This document shows positions 39,712-48,755 of a stretch of 64,000 bases of DNA, in pieces; within the stretch, counting starts at the first letter, position 1, and each line of letters starts with the position of its first letter. A model generated the notes under the pieces. That model saw nothing but the letters and a program-made list of their open reading frames with translations, was not told the origin of the DNA and did not search any database. The stretch spans positions 68,353-132,352 of the forward strand of contig JABJOE010000007.1 in the NCBI GenBank assembly GCA_018664485.1, read 5' to 3'. Made by a program: the position numbers and the translations under genes. Source of the DNA: Candidatus Uhrbacteria bacterium. Its GTDB lineage: Bacteria > Patescibacteriota > Patescibacteriia > UBA9934.

Positions 39712-40839
39712 TTACCGCTTCTTCTTCTTTCCGACCAGAAGTTCACGTAGCCAACCCCCTCCTTGGCGAACGGCATGGATAGAACCGATTGTAATAAAAA
39801 TGGAATCACGCAGACGGATGATGAGCGCGAAAGCGACAGCTGCAAGTGGCACTCCCAACACACCGAATACAGTTGCAAACCCTCCTTCAAATACACCAAC
39901 GCCCGCAGGTACCGGAAGTAGTAGTGCAATGCCCGGGAGCGTAGCTATCAAAAATGCTTGAGCAAAAGATAAAGTAATACCAAAGAAAAACGCGATGTAA
40001 AACGCCTCAACTACGCGAAATGCGATAACGACAAACGCCAGAAGGCTGACTCCCAAAAGCAATCGACTCCGACCCTTCACAAATGTATGCATCATCTGTT
40101 CCGTTTCAATAAACCAACTAGTCAGACCATCTAATCGCTTCACACGATCAATCCGCGTCGTGCGAACAAGCTTCTTTACAATGTACGATCCTTTAGCAAG
40201 AGCGATTAAAATTGAAAATAGCGCCACCAAAGCCAGAGCGAGTCCAACACCTATCCATATAAGTGAACCGTCACCGTCAACGCCTGTTACAATCGCGAGG
40301 ATAACGCCGGCAACAATAAACGTAATGTACGCGATCATCTCAATGGTGATGTCCAAGGCAACGGCACTCGTAGCCTTCTTTGCCGGAACCCCATCACTCA
40401 TCAGCATTCCAATTCGTACCGGTTCCCCGCCGACTTGTGCAGCTGGAGTAAGGTAGCTAACCGCAAACCCAGCCATTCGATGTAGATATACTCTACCAAG
40501 CGATAGCCGTTCTTTTTTTGGAATATGCGCGTTAACAATAAGTTGCCAACGCCAGCTATATAAAACAAAATTAAACAAAGATAGTGCTACAAAACCAACG
40601 AAAGGCCATGGTCCGAATTCGATGAGAGAGTCGGCAATAGATTCCCATCCCTCTTTATAAATCAAATATCCAAGAACTCCCGCTCCAAGTAGCAATGACC
40701 CTACAAAAATAACTCCCTTAACAATACGTCGCTTCATATAGAAGTATTGTAACTCGGGAACGCTTTGTGTTCCAGATCTTATTAAGTACCCAGAACCAAA
40801 TAGGAAAGAACAAACCCCGCACGCGGCAAGGTTTGCCAA
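39712..40839 (-). CDS. flippase-like/UPF0104 (lysyl-phosphatidylglycerol-synthase TM-region family) membrane protein
   Basis: A multi-TM protein. The conserved N-terminal region MKRRIVKGVIFVGSLLLGAGVLGYLIY...RWQLIV is typical of this family. The start is probably MKRR at about 40737. Confidence 0.55.
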   Translation of the reverse strand: MANLAACGVCSFLFGSGYLIRSGTQSVPELQYFYMKRRIVKGVIFVGSLLLGAGVLGYLIYKEGWESIADSLIEFGPWPFVGFVALSLFNFVLYSWRWQLIVNAHIPKKERLSLGRVYLHRMAGFAVSYLTPAAQVGGEPVRIGMLMSDGVPAKKATSAVALDITIEMIAYITFIVAGVILAIVTGVDGDGSLIWIGVGLALALVALFSILIALAKGSYIVKKLVRTTRIDRVKRLDGLTSWFIETEQMMHTFVKGRSRLLLGVSLLAFVVIAFRVVEAFYIAFFFGITLSFAQAFLIATLPGIALLLPVPAGVGVFEGGFATVFGVLGVPLAAVAFALIIRLRDSIFITIGSIHAVRQGGGWLRELLVGKKKKR

Positions 40840-40857
40840 TGCGGGGTCGAGAGCTGC
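40806..40857 (-). terminator. terminator hairpin, copy 1 of two perfectly identical 52-bp copies
   Basis: On the minus strand the sequence reads GCAGCTCTCGACCCCGCAttggcaaaccttgccgcgTGCGGGGTTTGTTCTT. It lies immediately 3' of the 40858-41628 gene. Confidence 0.6.
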
Positions 40858-41628
40858 CTACTTCGACAGGTCAAACTCATCATCTACGGTTCCGCCGCGC
40901 CCTTTGTACGCCTCGGGACTAAGTGGTATTCGCGTCATTACCGTTGGTGAGTTTGTCTGAATCCAGACATCAAGTTCCCTGTCCCCGAATCGAATTGCGA
41001 ACACGACCCGATGGCCATGATTACAAAGACCGGGAAGTCTACCCAGCCCGATCGCGTTTTCAGCAAGCTGTGTCCCACGTGAACGGTACGGTATTCCGGT
41101 GTCAGGAGCGTTTCGCACAGTGAACATCGCCGGACGCTGTCCTTCTTCGGTATGCTCCACGACCATGCCGTTAGGCTTAATCCTGAACGGCTCTCTAGAT
41201 GCGATTATGACAATGACCCAGCCATCATCTGTATCGCCCTTTCCAGATACCCAAGCCACTTTTTGTGCAAGGGCCCAATGAGTCAGTGTCGAGAGAAAGT
41301 TCAGCTCCGCGACTACGTAGCTATAGAGAGCTTCTTTGTCACTCGTCATCTCCCTCAAGGATCGATGCGCATCCTCCAGCAACTGTCTCGTTTCGGAGGC
41401 GTCATATAGAGAGGGCATCTCTATTCTTTTTCCCTCCAGCCGATACCTCAGCAAAGCAACAGCAAGCCTCACGGCTGCAAGTACTACTACCGAAGAGGCA
41501 ATAGTGATCACCGCGGTTGGCATATACGCCACTATGACAGCTAGTTCATCAGTCACGGGACCTCCAATTGAACTTGAGTTTAGATGAAAGGAACGTTGCA
41601 ATCTAGCACAGAAGAGTGTCCGCGTCAA
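40858..41628 (-). CDS. hypothetical membrane-anchored protein (up to 256 aa) in a GC-rich islet
   Basis: An ORF with an N-terminal TM helix (MPTAVITIASSVVVLAAVRLAVALL). It is flanked by identical 52-bp hairpins. Confidence 0.45.
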   Translation of the reverse strand: MTRTLFCARLQRSFHLNSSSIGGPVTDELAVIVAYMPTAVITIASSVVVLAAVRLAVALLRYRLEGKRIEMPSLYDASETRQLLEDAHRSLREMTSDKEALYSYVVAELNFLSTLTHWALAQKVAWVSGKGDTDDGWVIVIIASREPFRIKPNGMVVEHTEEGQRPAMFTVRNAPDTGIPYRSRGTQLAENAIGLGRLPGLCNHGHRVVFAIRFGDRELDVWIQTNSPTVMTRIPLSPEAYKGRGGTVDDEFDLSK

Positions 41629-41642
41629 CTATATAAGCCTAA

Positions 41643-41694
41643 AAAGAACAAACCCCGCACGCGGCAAGGTTTGCCAATGCGGGGTCGAGAGCTG
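41643..41694 (-). terminator. terminator hairpin, copy 2, identical to 40806-40857
   Basis: The same 52-bp sequence lies immediately 3' of the 41701-42315 gene. Confidence 0.6.
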
Positions 41695-41700
41695 CGCGAC

Positions 41701-42315
41701 TCAAGCGTAGAAGCTGAGCCACTTTTGGTAGAAGTGGGGCGGGTAGCTGGCGTTGATCTCGTAGCCCTTAGACACCCAATCTGCTTCGGTACCGTAATAG
41801 GTGTGTGTGAACACGCCAGGACTGGTCGCGAGAGCCAGGAAAGTGCAGGCTCCTTTGCCAAGCCAAGTCGAGATGGCAATTCTGTGCTCAGTATGCCCAT
41901 CTCCACGCACGACCTTGCGTGATTGAGCGAAGCCATAGAAGTCTACGGTGTCAGCCCAGTCACCCAGACCAATCCACGTGAAGAACGGAACCAGAAGTCG
42001 GAAACCCAGCTTCACGGCGAAAGGCTCGCTGTGAGTGAAAATAAGGACACCCATCACCGGACGTGAGAAGCCATCTTCATTTTCATACCCCTTCCAAATG
42101 ATTGACATGGCCTGATCACCGAACGCCAAGAGCATGTCCCGATCGATCGCGAACTTCTTGAACATCTCCCGAATCAGGAACAAGCTGAGCCCGACGAAAA
42201 TGCCGAGCAAAATTGCGAGCGTGAGAATCACCGGATTGGTGAAGTCCATGTTTCCTCCAGTGGAAATCGTGTTAAAAGGACGCGAAAATATAACACAAAA
42301 ACACCCTTTTGTCAA
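41701..42315 (-). CDS. hypothetical membrane-anchored protein (about 183 aa from MDFTNPV)
   Basis: An ORF with an N-terminal TM helix (VILTLAILLGIFVGLSLFLI). GC-rich. Confidence 0.45.
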   Translation of the reverse strand: MTKGCFCVIFSRPFNTISTGGNMDFTNPVILTLAILLGIFVGLSLFLIREMFKKFAIDRDMLLAFGDQAMSIIWKGYENEDGFSRPVMGVLIFTHSEPFAVKLGFRLLVPFFTWIGLGDWADTVDFYGFAQSRKVVRGDGHTEHRIAISTWLGKGACTFLALATSPGVFTHTYYGTEADWVSKGYEINASYPPHFYQKWLSFYA

Positions 42316-42351
42316 TGGAAAAGGGTGTTTTATTCTTACTTTAAGCCTTTT

Positions 42352-43083
42352 CTAGTCCTGCTTTTCTTCCGGCTTGCTCGGAAGGAAGATGCTATACAGA
42401 ATCAGCGTTAGGAACGTTGTAGCGAGCCAGTAAAGCATCACTCCACCTGGCATCGATGTAACACCGATAACCAGTGTCATACCAGGAATAAAGTAGAGCA
42501 TCATCTTGTTCATGTTCGCCATCATGTTCTCATCCTTAGCACCCTCTTTCTTGGCGACTTCCTTAATTGGCTTTCGTGCCATCGTTCGCTTCACCTGGAA
42601 GTACTGTGCAATCGCAGCGAGTACGGCAAGCGTAATGGACACCTCTGCCAAATCAATTCCCAAGAACATCGACTGAATCTCTCCTGGGTTTGAAACGAAA
42701 CTATATAGAAGTTCTGGATCAATCTCACGAACACCATCTCGCAACGCTCGATACAACGCCCAGAAAATCGGCAATTGAATGATTAGCGGCAAACAAGATG
42801 CCATCGGATTCACGTTGTTATCCTTGTACACCTCCATCAACTTCTCTGCCATCTTCTCACGATCATCTTTGTACGTCTTGCGAATCTCCGCGATCTTCGG
42901 CTGGATCTCTTGCATCGCACGCTGCGACTTAAGCATCTTGAACGTGAATGGAAACAAGATACCCTTGATCAGTAACGTAACTAGAATGATTGCAATTCCA
43001 ATCCCTCCAAACGGCATCACATCGTATAAAAAGATGAGAAGGTTATAGATCGGATGGTAAAAAACTACTTGAAAGATTCCCAT
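42352..43083 (-). CDS. yidC: membrane protein insertase YidC (short Gram-positive/CPR type, 243 aa)
   Basis: ...LIKGILFPFTFKMLKSQRAMQEIQPKIAEIRKTYKDD...MASCLPLIIQLPIFWALY is the conserved YidC/Oxa1 core. Confidence 0.8.
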   Translation of the reverse strand: MGIFQVVFYHPIYNLLIFLYDVMPFGGIGIAIILVTLLIKGILFPFTFKMLKSQRAMQEIQPKIAEIRKTYKDDREKMAEKLMEVYKDNNVNPMASCLPLIIQLPIFWALYRALRDGVREIDPELLYSFVSNPGEIQSMFLGIDLAEVSITLAVLAAIAQYFQVKRTMARKPIKEVAKKEGAKDENMMANMNKMMLYFIPGMTLVIGVTSMPGGVMLYWLATTFLTLILYSIFLPSKPEEKQD

Positions 43084-43085
43084 AA

Positions 43086-44546
43086 TTATTCTGCAGATTC
43101 TTCAGCTGCCTCTTCGGCTTTATCTTCAGATACCTCCGTAGGCTCTTCCACCGCTACTTCTTCTGCAGGAGCTTCTGCCGGAGTTTCTTCCTCAGCCTCC
43201 GCTACAGGAGCCGCATCCTCAACTTTTTCCGCTGCGTCCTCTGTAACTTCCGGTGCAGCAGTCGCCTCTGGAGCAACCTCACCTTCCGCTACTTCAGGTT
43301 TCGCTTCCTCCCCTTCAGTTGTCTCAGCGTCGTCTCCTTCAGACTTTGGCTGAGGATTTGCACCTTCTGGATTTGCTACATCGCGTACGTTTAACTTCCA
43401 ATCAGACAACTGTGCTGCCAAACGAACGTTCTGCCCACCCCGACCAATAGCCAGTGAGAGCTGATCATTCTCAACCAAAACTGTCGCTGTCTTATCTTCT
43501 TCATTCATATCAACGCTCGCAACCTTAGCTGGTGAAAGTGAGTTGATGATATATGTCTCAGGATCTTCGCTCCATTCGATAACATCGATCTTCTCGCCAC
43601 CGAGCTCATTGATGATCGTTTGAATACGAATACCACGCTGTCCGATACAAGCACCGATCGGATCGATACTTGAGTCCTCTGTCCAAACAGCAATCTTTGT
43701 TCGAGACCCAGCTTCACGGGAAATTCCCTTGATGAACACTGTCTCTTCAGCAATTTCTGGAACTTCTAAATCAAATAGGGCTCGCACCAACTCCACACTC
43801 GAACGTGAGAGCAAAATCTGCGGACCACGGGGCCCTAGTGATACTTCGCGTACGTAAACCTTCACGCGATCACCTGAGTTGTACCGTTCAGACCGAACCT
43901 GATCTGCTGGCAAGATAACTCCAGTTGTTCGTCCAATGTCGACGAGCACAACACGTCCTTCGCGGCGCTGAACTGTTCCGATCAACACCTCACCCTCCTG
44001 TTCTTTGTACTCATTAAATACGATCTCACGTTCCGCTTCTCGAAGCTTCTGTGTGATCACCTGTTTTGCAGTCATGGCAGCCATACGTCCGAACTCTCCC
44101 GGGATTGGTAGGTCCATTCGTAATACATCTCCGACCTGGGATCCAAATTTCAAAACCTTGGCATCTGACACCATGATCTGAGTCTTTGGATTAAACGCCG
44201 CCTTCTTACCTTCTTCTACGACAACTTCTTCTTCGTCCCGTCTCTTGGTTCCCGGCTTTCGCCCCTTAATCTCTTCCTCGGCGGCAGCGGCAGCCTTGGC
44301 AGCCTGATCCTGCTTCATAGCTTCAAGCTCTTCTGCAGTAATATCTGCAACGACCTCCTTGATGTCGCAGGCAGTCATCTCGCCAGTCTCTGTATTAAAT
44401 TCAACTTCAATATTCTGTTGCTTGTTACCGTAATCTTTACGATAAGCAGCAGCTAGCGCGGTTTCGATAGTTTCCATTACCGCTTCATATGATAATCCTT
44501 TCTCCTCACAAATGTGCTTGATGGCTTGTTCGATCTCACTGGCCAT
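43086..44546 (-). CDS. nusA: transcription termination/antitermination factor NusA with an acidic C-terminal extension
   Basis: It has the N-terminal NusA domain, an S1 domain and two KH motifs (IGACIGQRGIRIQ and LAIGRGGQNVRLA), plus an approximately 110-aa Glu/Ala-rich tail. Confidence 0.9.
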   Translation of the reverse strand: MASEIEQAIKHICEEKGLSYEAVMETIETALAAAYRKDYGNKQQNIEVEFNTETGEMTACDIKEVVADITAEELEAMKQDQAAKAAAAAEEEIKGRKPGTKRRDEEEVVVEEGKKAAFNPKTQIMVSDAKVLKFGSQVGDVLRMDLPIPGEFGRMAAMTAKQVITQKLREAEREIVFNEYKEQEGEVLIGTVQRREGRVVLVDIGRTTGVILPADQVRSERYNSGDRVKVYVREVSLGPRGPQILLSRSSVELVRALFDLEVPEIAEETVFIKGISREAGSRTKIAVWTEDSSIDPIGACIGQRGIRIQTIINELGGEKIDVIEWSEDPETYIINSLSPAKVASVDMNEEDKTATVLVENDQLSLAIGRGGQNVRLAAQLSDWKLNVRDVANPEGANPQPKSEGDDAETTEGEEAKPEVAEGEVAPEATAAPEVTEDAAEKVEDAAPVAEAEEETPAEAPAEEVAVEEPTEVSEDKAEEAAEESAE

Positions 44547-44848
44547 ATTTGTCTATATTCAATTGTATTAAATTGTCTGCGTACAGTCGGACTGTCAGTT
44601 ATTACTCCAAATCTTGTGCAAGAAATAATACTACCAAACGATCCTTTGAAAAAAACCCGGCCAACAGCCGAGCTTCCAGTACACAGAGAAGATATCACGC
44701 TATCCTCGCCGCGTCAATCCCATGCCCCCAGATTATGTAGTTGATGCCAGCATGCCGTAAACAGCAACGATCCTTGACAATAAGCTTTATTTAGGTTAGA
44801 TTTCCATGCCTTTGCATCCGCAGAGGAGAAACACCTACGGGAGCAGAA

Positions 44849-45376
44849 GTGGGAGCTCGACCCAAACAATCTCGACGTCCGAGTATTCGGGCCTACGTCG
44901 ACGAAACAAAACTGGATCTACATCTCGTTGATCCACATCACGGCAGTTGGAGAGACGATACAACGTTCAAGCATACCAACGGCAGTCCTGTGACTGTCAG
45001 AGTCATCCTTGACGGTGAATTCTTCTACCTGTCTTCCAGGCAAGACTTCGGGCCACATGGGCGACAGGAGCCTGAAGGGTTCGACAAGATCATCATGTAC
45101 GTGTCGCTACGGCAGGAGTACAACAACCCGGAAATCATCGACCGCTTGCCGGAGGGCCTCTTTGAGGGTGATGATGGCCGTGGTGGTGGCTTGACCATCG
45201 AAGTCCGCAAGCACCTCAACGGAAGGCACAACCCGAAAAACAAAGCTGTTCTCACGATCCGTGGGCGAAGCGGAAACCATGTGAGAGCCATCTCACGCGC
45301 ACTCATTCACGATTGCGCGAGCATCGACGAACTGCTCCAACGAGAGCAACAGCGAGTGAAGCAGCAGGCGCGATAA
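44849..45376 (+). CDS. hypothetical protein (175 aa) in a GC-rich islet
   Basis: A complete ORF with GC about 57%. It is followed by the hairpin CCCCGTCC...GGGCGGGG plus TTTGCACGTCT at 45387-45425. Confidence 0.4.
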   Translation: MGARPKQSRRPSIRAYVDETKLDLHLVDPHHGSWRDDTTFKHTNGSPVTVRVILDGEFFYLSSRQDFGPHGRQEPEGFDKIIMYVSLRQEYNNPEIIDRLPEGLFEGDDGRGGGLTIEVRKHLNGRHNPKNKAVLTIRGRSGNHVRAISRALIHDCASIDELLQREQQRVKQQAR

Positions 45377-45427
45377 GCGCATACTACCCCGTCCAGGACA
45401 TTGCGTTCTTGGGCGGGGTTTGCACGT

Positions 45428-45781
45428 CTAGCCACCTACCCCAATCAAATGTCGGATCTCTTGCGGGTCAGTGGTTATGGCTATCACATCAATACGCATC
45501 GATGTGTATTTTATTTTCTTCTTTCGCAAGTACATCTCACCTACCGCTGCAATCTTTTCGAGCTTTGCTTTCGTCACAGACTCCTCCGGTGTACCGAAAT
45601 CATCACTACTACGCGCCTTCACTTCAACGAAAACGATCTCATCACCATCACGGGCAATAAGATCGATTTCACCAAACCTAGTTTGGTACTGTTGTTCTAA
45701 AATATCATAACCAAGTCCCTTTAAAAAACGTTCCGCCTGACGCTCGGCACTATTTCCAAACAGTCGCCGGGCATTAACCAT
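45428..45781 (-). CDS. yraN: YraN/UPF0102 family endonuclease
   Basis: AERQAERFLKGLGYDILEQQYQTRFGEIDLIARDGDEIVFVEVKAR is a textbook UPF0102 motif. Confidence 0.75.
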   Translation of the reverse strand: MVNARRLFGNSAERQAERFLKGLGYDILEQQYQTRFGEIDLIARDGDEIVFVEVKARSSDDFGTPEESVTKAKLEKIAAVGEMYLRKKKIKYTSMRIDVIAITTDPQEIRHLIGVGG

Positions 45782-45782
45782 A

Positions 45783-46202
45783 TTATCGTCGTTTCTTAAC
45801 TGGAATGTATTTATTTGAGTCCTTCTTTGCAGCGCCCGCCTTCCGAAGCTGCGGAATCGTCACCTTAACGTAACGAATAATCCACCAAGCCCACACAATG
45901 CAGATGAGCAACCAAACCAAGAACCAGAATCGAGCTCCGAAAAGGTAGATCTCCTCAAACGTGAAGAAGAACCAGAACATTCCAAGTATCCCCATAGTCA
46001 AAAAGAGATAACCAAGATGTCGATACGCTTTAACCATGAGATAGTCCTCATTTCGGTTGCGAGCAAAAATTCTGCTCACTGACCCCAAGATGATGAGTAT
46101 AGCGAAAAGGAGGAATAGTCCCTGCTCAAAAAATGGACTTAGGCCGATTGGTTGCAGTCGAAACCAGAACCCTGCTTCTAATATAGGAGATAAATCAATC
46201 AT
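45783..46202 (-). CDS. hypothetical integral membrane protein (139 aa)
   Basis: Four predicted TM helices, and Trp-rich. Confidence 0.45.
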   Translation of the reverse strand: MIDLSPILEAGFWFRLQPIGLSPFFEQGLFLLFAILIILGSVSRIFARNRNEDYLMVKAYRHLGYLFLTMGILGMFWFFFTFEEIYLFGARFWFLVWLLICIVWAWWIIRYVKVTIPQLRKAGAAKKDSNKYIPVKKRR

Positions 46203-46253
46203 ACGAGCCGCATCGTAGACATTAAAATAAGTATCGTCAACTCAAGATCACTT

Positions 46254-46796
46254 TTATGGCCGAAGTAGCATCCCCCAAGAAAATTCACCTGACTGTACAT
46301 CGCGCTCTTTTGCAAAGCCTTCTTTCATTAACAATGCCTCTGCCTGCATAGAGTCGAGACGCTTTTCAACTGGAGGTGCTGCCGGATACTTTGTATTTCG
46401 ACGCCAATCTACCACGAACAACTTTCCATCTTCTTTTAATACACGCCGAATCTCGCCTAAGGTAGTTGCCATGTTTTCGACGCACCAAAGATTGTTTACA
46501 AAGAGTACAAAGTCGAGTGAGTGGTCCTTAATTTTTACTGCCCCGGGGATTTCGAAATCCGCCCAAAGCGTTTCCATGTTCAATATTCCAAATAACTTTC
46601 GCCTGCCATCAATCATTCCCAGAACGTCTTTCACAACATCAACGGCATAGACCATGCCTTCCTTGCCGATGATCACGGAAGATGGAAAAACAAAATGACC
46701 TGAACGACCAGCTCCAAAATCCGCAACGCGCATACCCTCCCCTACACCTGCTTCAAGCAGAAGACGTTTCGCATCGATAAGTGATGCACTGCTCAT
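46254..46796 (-). CDS. class I SAM-dependent methyltransferase
   Basis: Motif I VADFGAGRSG and a post-I acidic residue, with a Rossmann-fold layout. Length 180 aa. Confidence 0.6.
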   Translation of the reverse strand: MSSASLIDAKRLLLEAGVGEGMRVADFGAGRSGHFVFPSSVIIGKEGMVYAVDVVKDVLGMIDGRRKLFGILNMETLWADFEIPGAVKIKDHSLDFVLFVNNLWCVENMATTLGEIRRVLKEDGKLFVVDWRRNTKYPAAPPVEKRLDSMQAEALLMKEGFAKERDVQSGEFSWGMLLRP

Positions 46797-46797
46797 A

Positions 46798-47043
46798 TTA
46801 TACGAGGCTTCCTAATAAGAATTCCAAAAGATTGTCCAAGAAGTTCGTCATAACAATGATACCCAGTAGCGCCATGCCTACTCCGAGTAGCTTATAAAAA
46901 AGACGAGTACCTCCGCCGCCAAATACTTTTTCCGCAAATGGCACGCTTCCTAGAATCCGCAAATACCATTGCGTCTTGAATGTCAAAGATATTCCCACTA
47001 AAACAATTAAAATTCCGATAACAATTCGCCAAAACGTTTCCAT
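46798..47043 (-). CDS. small membrane protein (81 aa)
   Basis: Two TM helices. The stop of the upstream gene overlaps this gene's start (translational coupling). Confidence 0.4.
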   Translation of the reverse strand: METFWRIVIGILIVLVGISLTFKTQWYLRILGSVPFAEKVFGGGGTRLFYKLLGVGMALLGIIVMTNFLDNLLEFLLGSLV

Positions 47044-47111
47044 ACAAATGAGTCATTTTTAATAGTACGATTATACCACGTAGGGGTTGACAAAACCTAC
47101 TTTTTGCACTA

Positions 47112-47906
47112 GTGTCTGTTGAGAATCTACACTCGAGGAACCCAATGATTCTGTCACTCCTTCTTTTTACCATCATGCCATCCCATGCAACTGATGTCGA
47201 CTTCCACCGCGTACCTGCGAACACCAAGAGCCTCGCACGCGAGCTCTTTGCGGACGCCTCGCCTGAAGTGGTCGGCCCACGAGATTTCGCTCTCATGGAC
47301 CCAGTCCAAGTGCAGACTACAAACTGGCAGTCACACGACTGGACCGAGTACAACCAGGCCGCTACCGCATACTGTGATCGTGTCGATAGCCGCCACGATC
47401 TGGCGACGCCTCTGGCATTCTACGGCTGGGCAAACCGCGTATCAGCCAACACGCTAGAGCACATCGGCGTTGGGAGCGTCCAGCAGATGTCCATGAACGC
47501 CATGATGCGCCGAGCGATCGACACGGGATTGGATAGCAGCCGATTCGACAAAATGGACTTTCAGTTCGATGCGTCAATCGACACCTTCCATCACATGTCG
47601 GAGGAATTCCAAGACGCATCGGCTCGAAATGATCCACACCCTATTGCCGCCATGGGAATGGACGACGTGCCTGTGGTTACCGGCCGCGAACAGCTCGAGC
47701 TGCGCAAAATGTGCCTCGGCGCCTACACCGGTGCGCAGACCGCGCTAGTCATGTCGAGTGCCACGCTCACGCAAGAACTCGCCGACTTGAACGGTGCCTT
47801 GGAGCGTGACGGCTACTTCAACCCCAAGATGCGCACCATCGATGATGATCTCATGGATATGCTTGAGAGCCTTCCGGCCCTCGAGCCCCTGGGGTCACGC
47901 CCCTAG
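47112..47906 (+). CDS. hypothetical secreted protein in a GC-rich islet (about 253 aa from MILSLLLF)
   Basis: The signal peptide MILSLLLFTIMPSHA is followed by a hydrophilic domain. GC is about 58%. A GC hairpin follows at 47934-47964. Confidence 0.5.
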   Translation: MSVENLHSRNPMILSLLLFTIMPSHATDVDFHRVPANTKSLARELFADASPEVVGPRDFALMDPVQVQTTNWQSHDWTEYNQAATAYCDRVDSRHDLATPLAFYGWANRVSANTLEHIGVGSVQQMSMNAMMRRAIDTGLDSSRFDKMDFQFDASIDTFHHMSEEFQDASARNDPHPIAAMGMDDVPVVTGREQLELRKMCLGAYTGAQTALVMSSATLTQELADLNGALERDGYFNPKMRTIDDDLMDMLESLPALEPLGSRP

Positions 47907-48228
47907 ACAGTCGGTACTCCGGCATGTCACGAACCCGCTACCTCAATCGAGGCGGCGGGTTCATTGCATCTAAAACTTTTATGTAATGTAGGGCTCTCAA
48001 GTCAAGTAATTAATTTACACAAACATAAAAACCACCTTGCGGCGATCCTATTCTCACAAATCAAAACACACTAGATTTGAGATAGTTTCGATGCCTACCT
48101 GCCGGCAGGCAGGAACGGGTGACAGACAATGAAACGCCAGGCGAAGCCTGGTCCGGCTCCGCCGGATACTTACATATATAAATAGAGTTCTATGTATAAA
48201 AAAGACCGACTTTTCAGTCAGTCTTTTT

Positions 48229-48305
48229 TGGTGGGCGCAAAGGGACTCGAACCCCTGACCCTCTCGGTGTAAACGAGATGCTCTAGCCAGCTGAGCTATG
48301 CGCCC
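48229..48305 (-). tRNA. tRNA-Val (anticodon TAC)
   Basis: GGGCGCATAGCTCAGCTGGCTAGAGCATCTCG-TTTACAC-CGAGAGGGTCAGGGGTTCGAGTCCCTTTGCGCCCACCA. An AAAAAGACCGACTtttcAGTCAGTCTTTTTT hairpin lies 3' of it. Confidence 0.85.
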
Positions 48306-48463
48306 TTCTACCGCTCGCTTGGAATTTGGCAACCTATCATCCAAATATCTTCGCTCGCTTATGTAATGACCTATCTGCAGAGGTATTACACTCCTATCTC
48401 AATACCACGGATATGATACAACATCATGAGTATTGGAACAAAAGTGTAACCCTATGTAGTCAG

Positions 48464-48550
48464 TGGTGCGAACGAGAGGACTCGAACCTCCATGGGATTG
48501 CTCCCACCAGCCCCTCAAGCTGACGCGTCTACCAATTCCGCCACGTTCGC
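48464..48550 (-). tRNA. tRNA-Leu (anticodon GAG)
   Basis: GCGAACGTGGCGGAATTGGTAGACGCG-TCAGC-TTGAGGG-GCTGG-long variable arm-GAGGTTCGAGTCCTC-TCGTTCGC-ACCA. Confidence 0.85.
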
Positions 48551-48755
48551 AATTTGCGACAAAATAGTACCGATTATCACATTTTCTGTCAACTTTAGAC
48601 TCGCCCCAGATAACGAATTAAGTCAGAACTGTGGCTATTAGTAGGAACTACATAAAAGCTGTTCCAAACAGCTTAATAATGCTCGAAACCCCGCCTGACC
48701 AGAGGTCAAACGGGGTCTTCCATGTGAGCGAGTAGCTCACTGGGCAGTGGTGGAC

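Noticed and set aside
48054-48344. 96-aa minus-strand ORF
   Set aside because: It overlaps tRNA-Val(TAC). The peptide contains the translated tRNA sequence.
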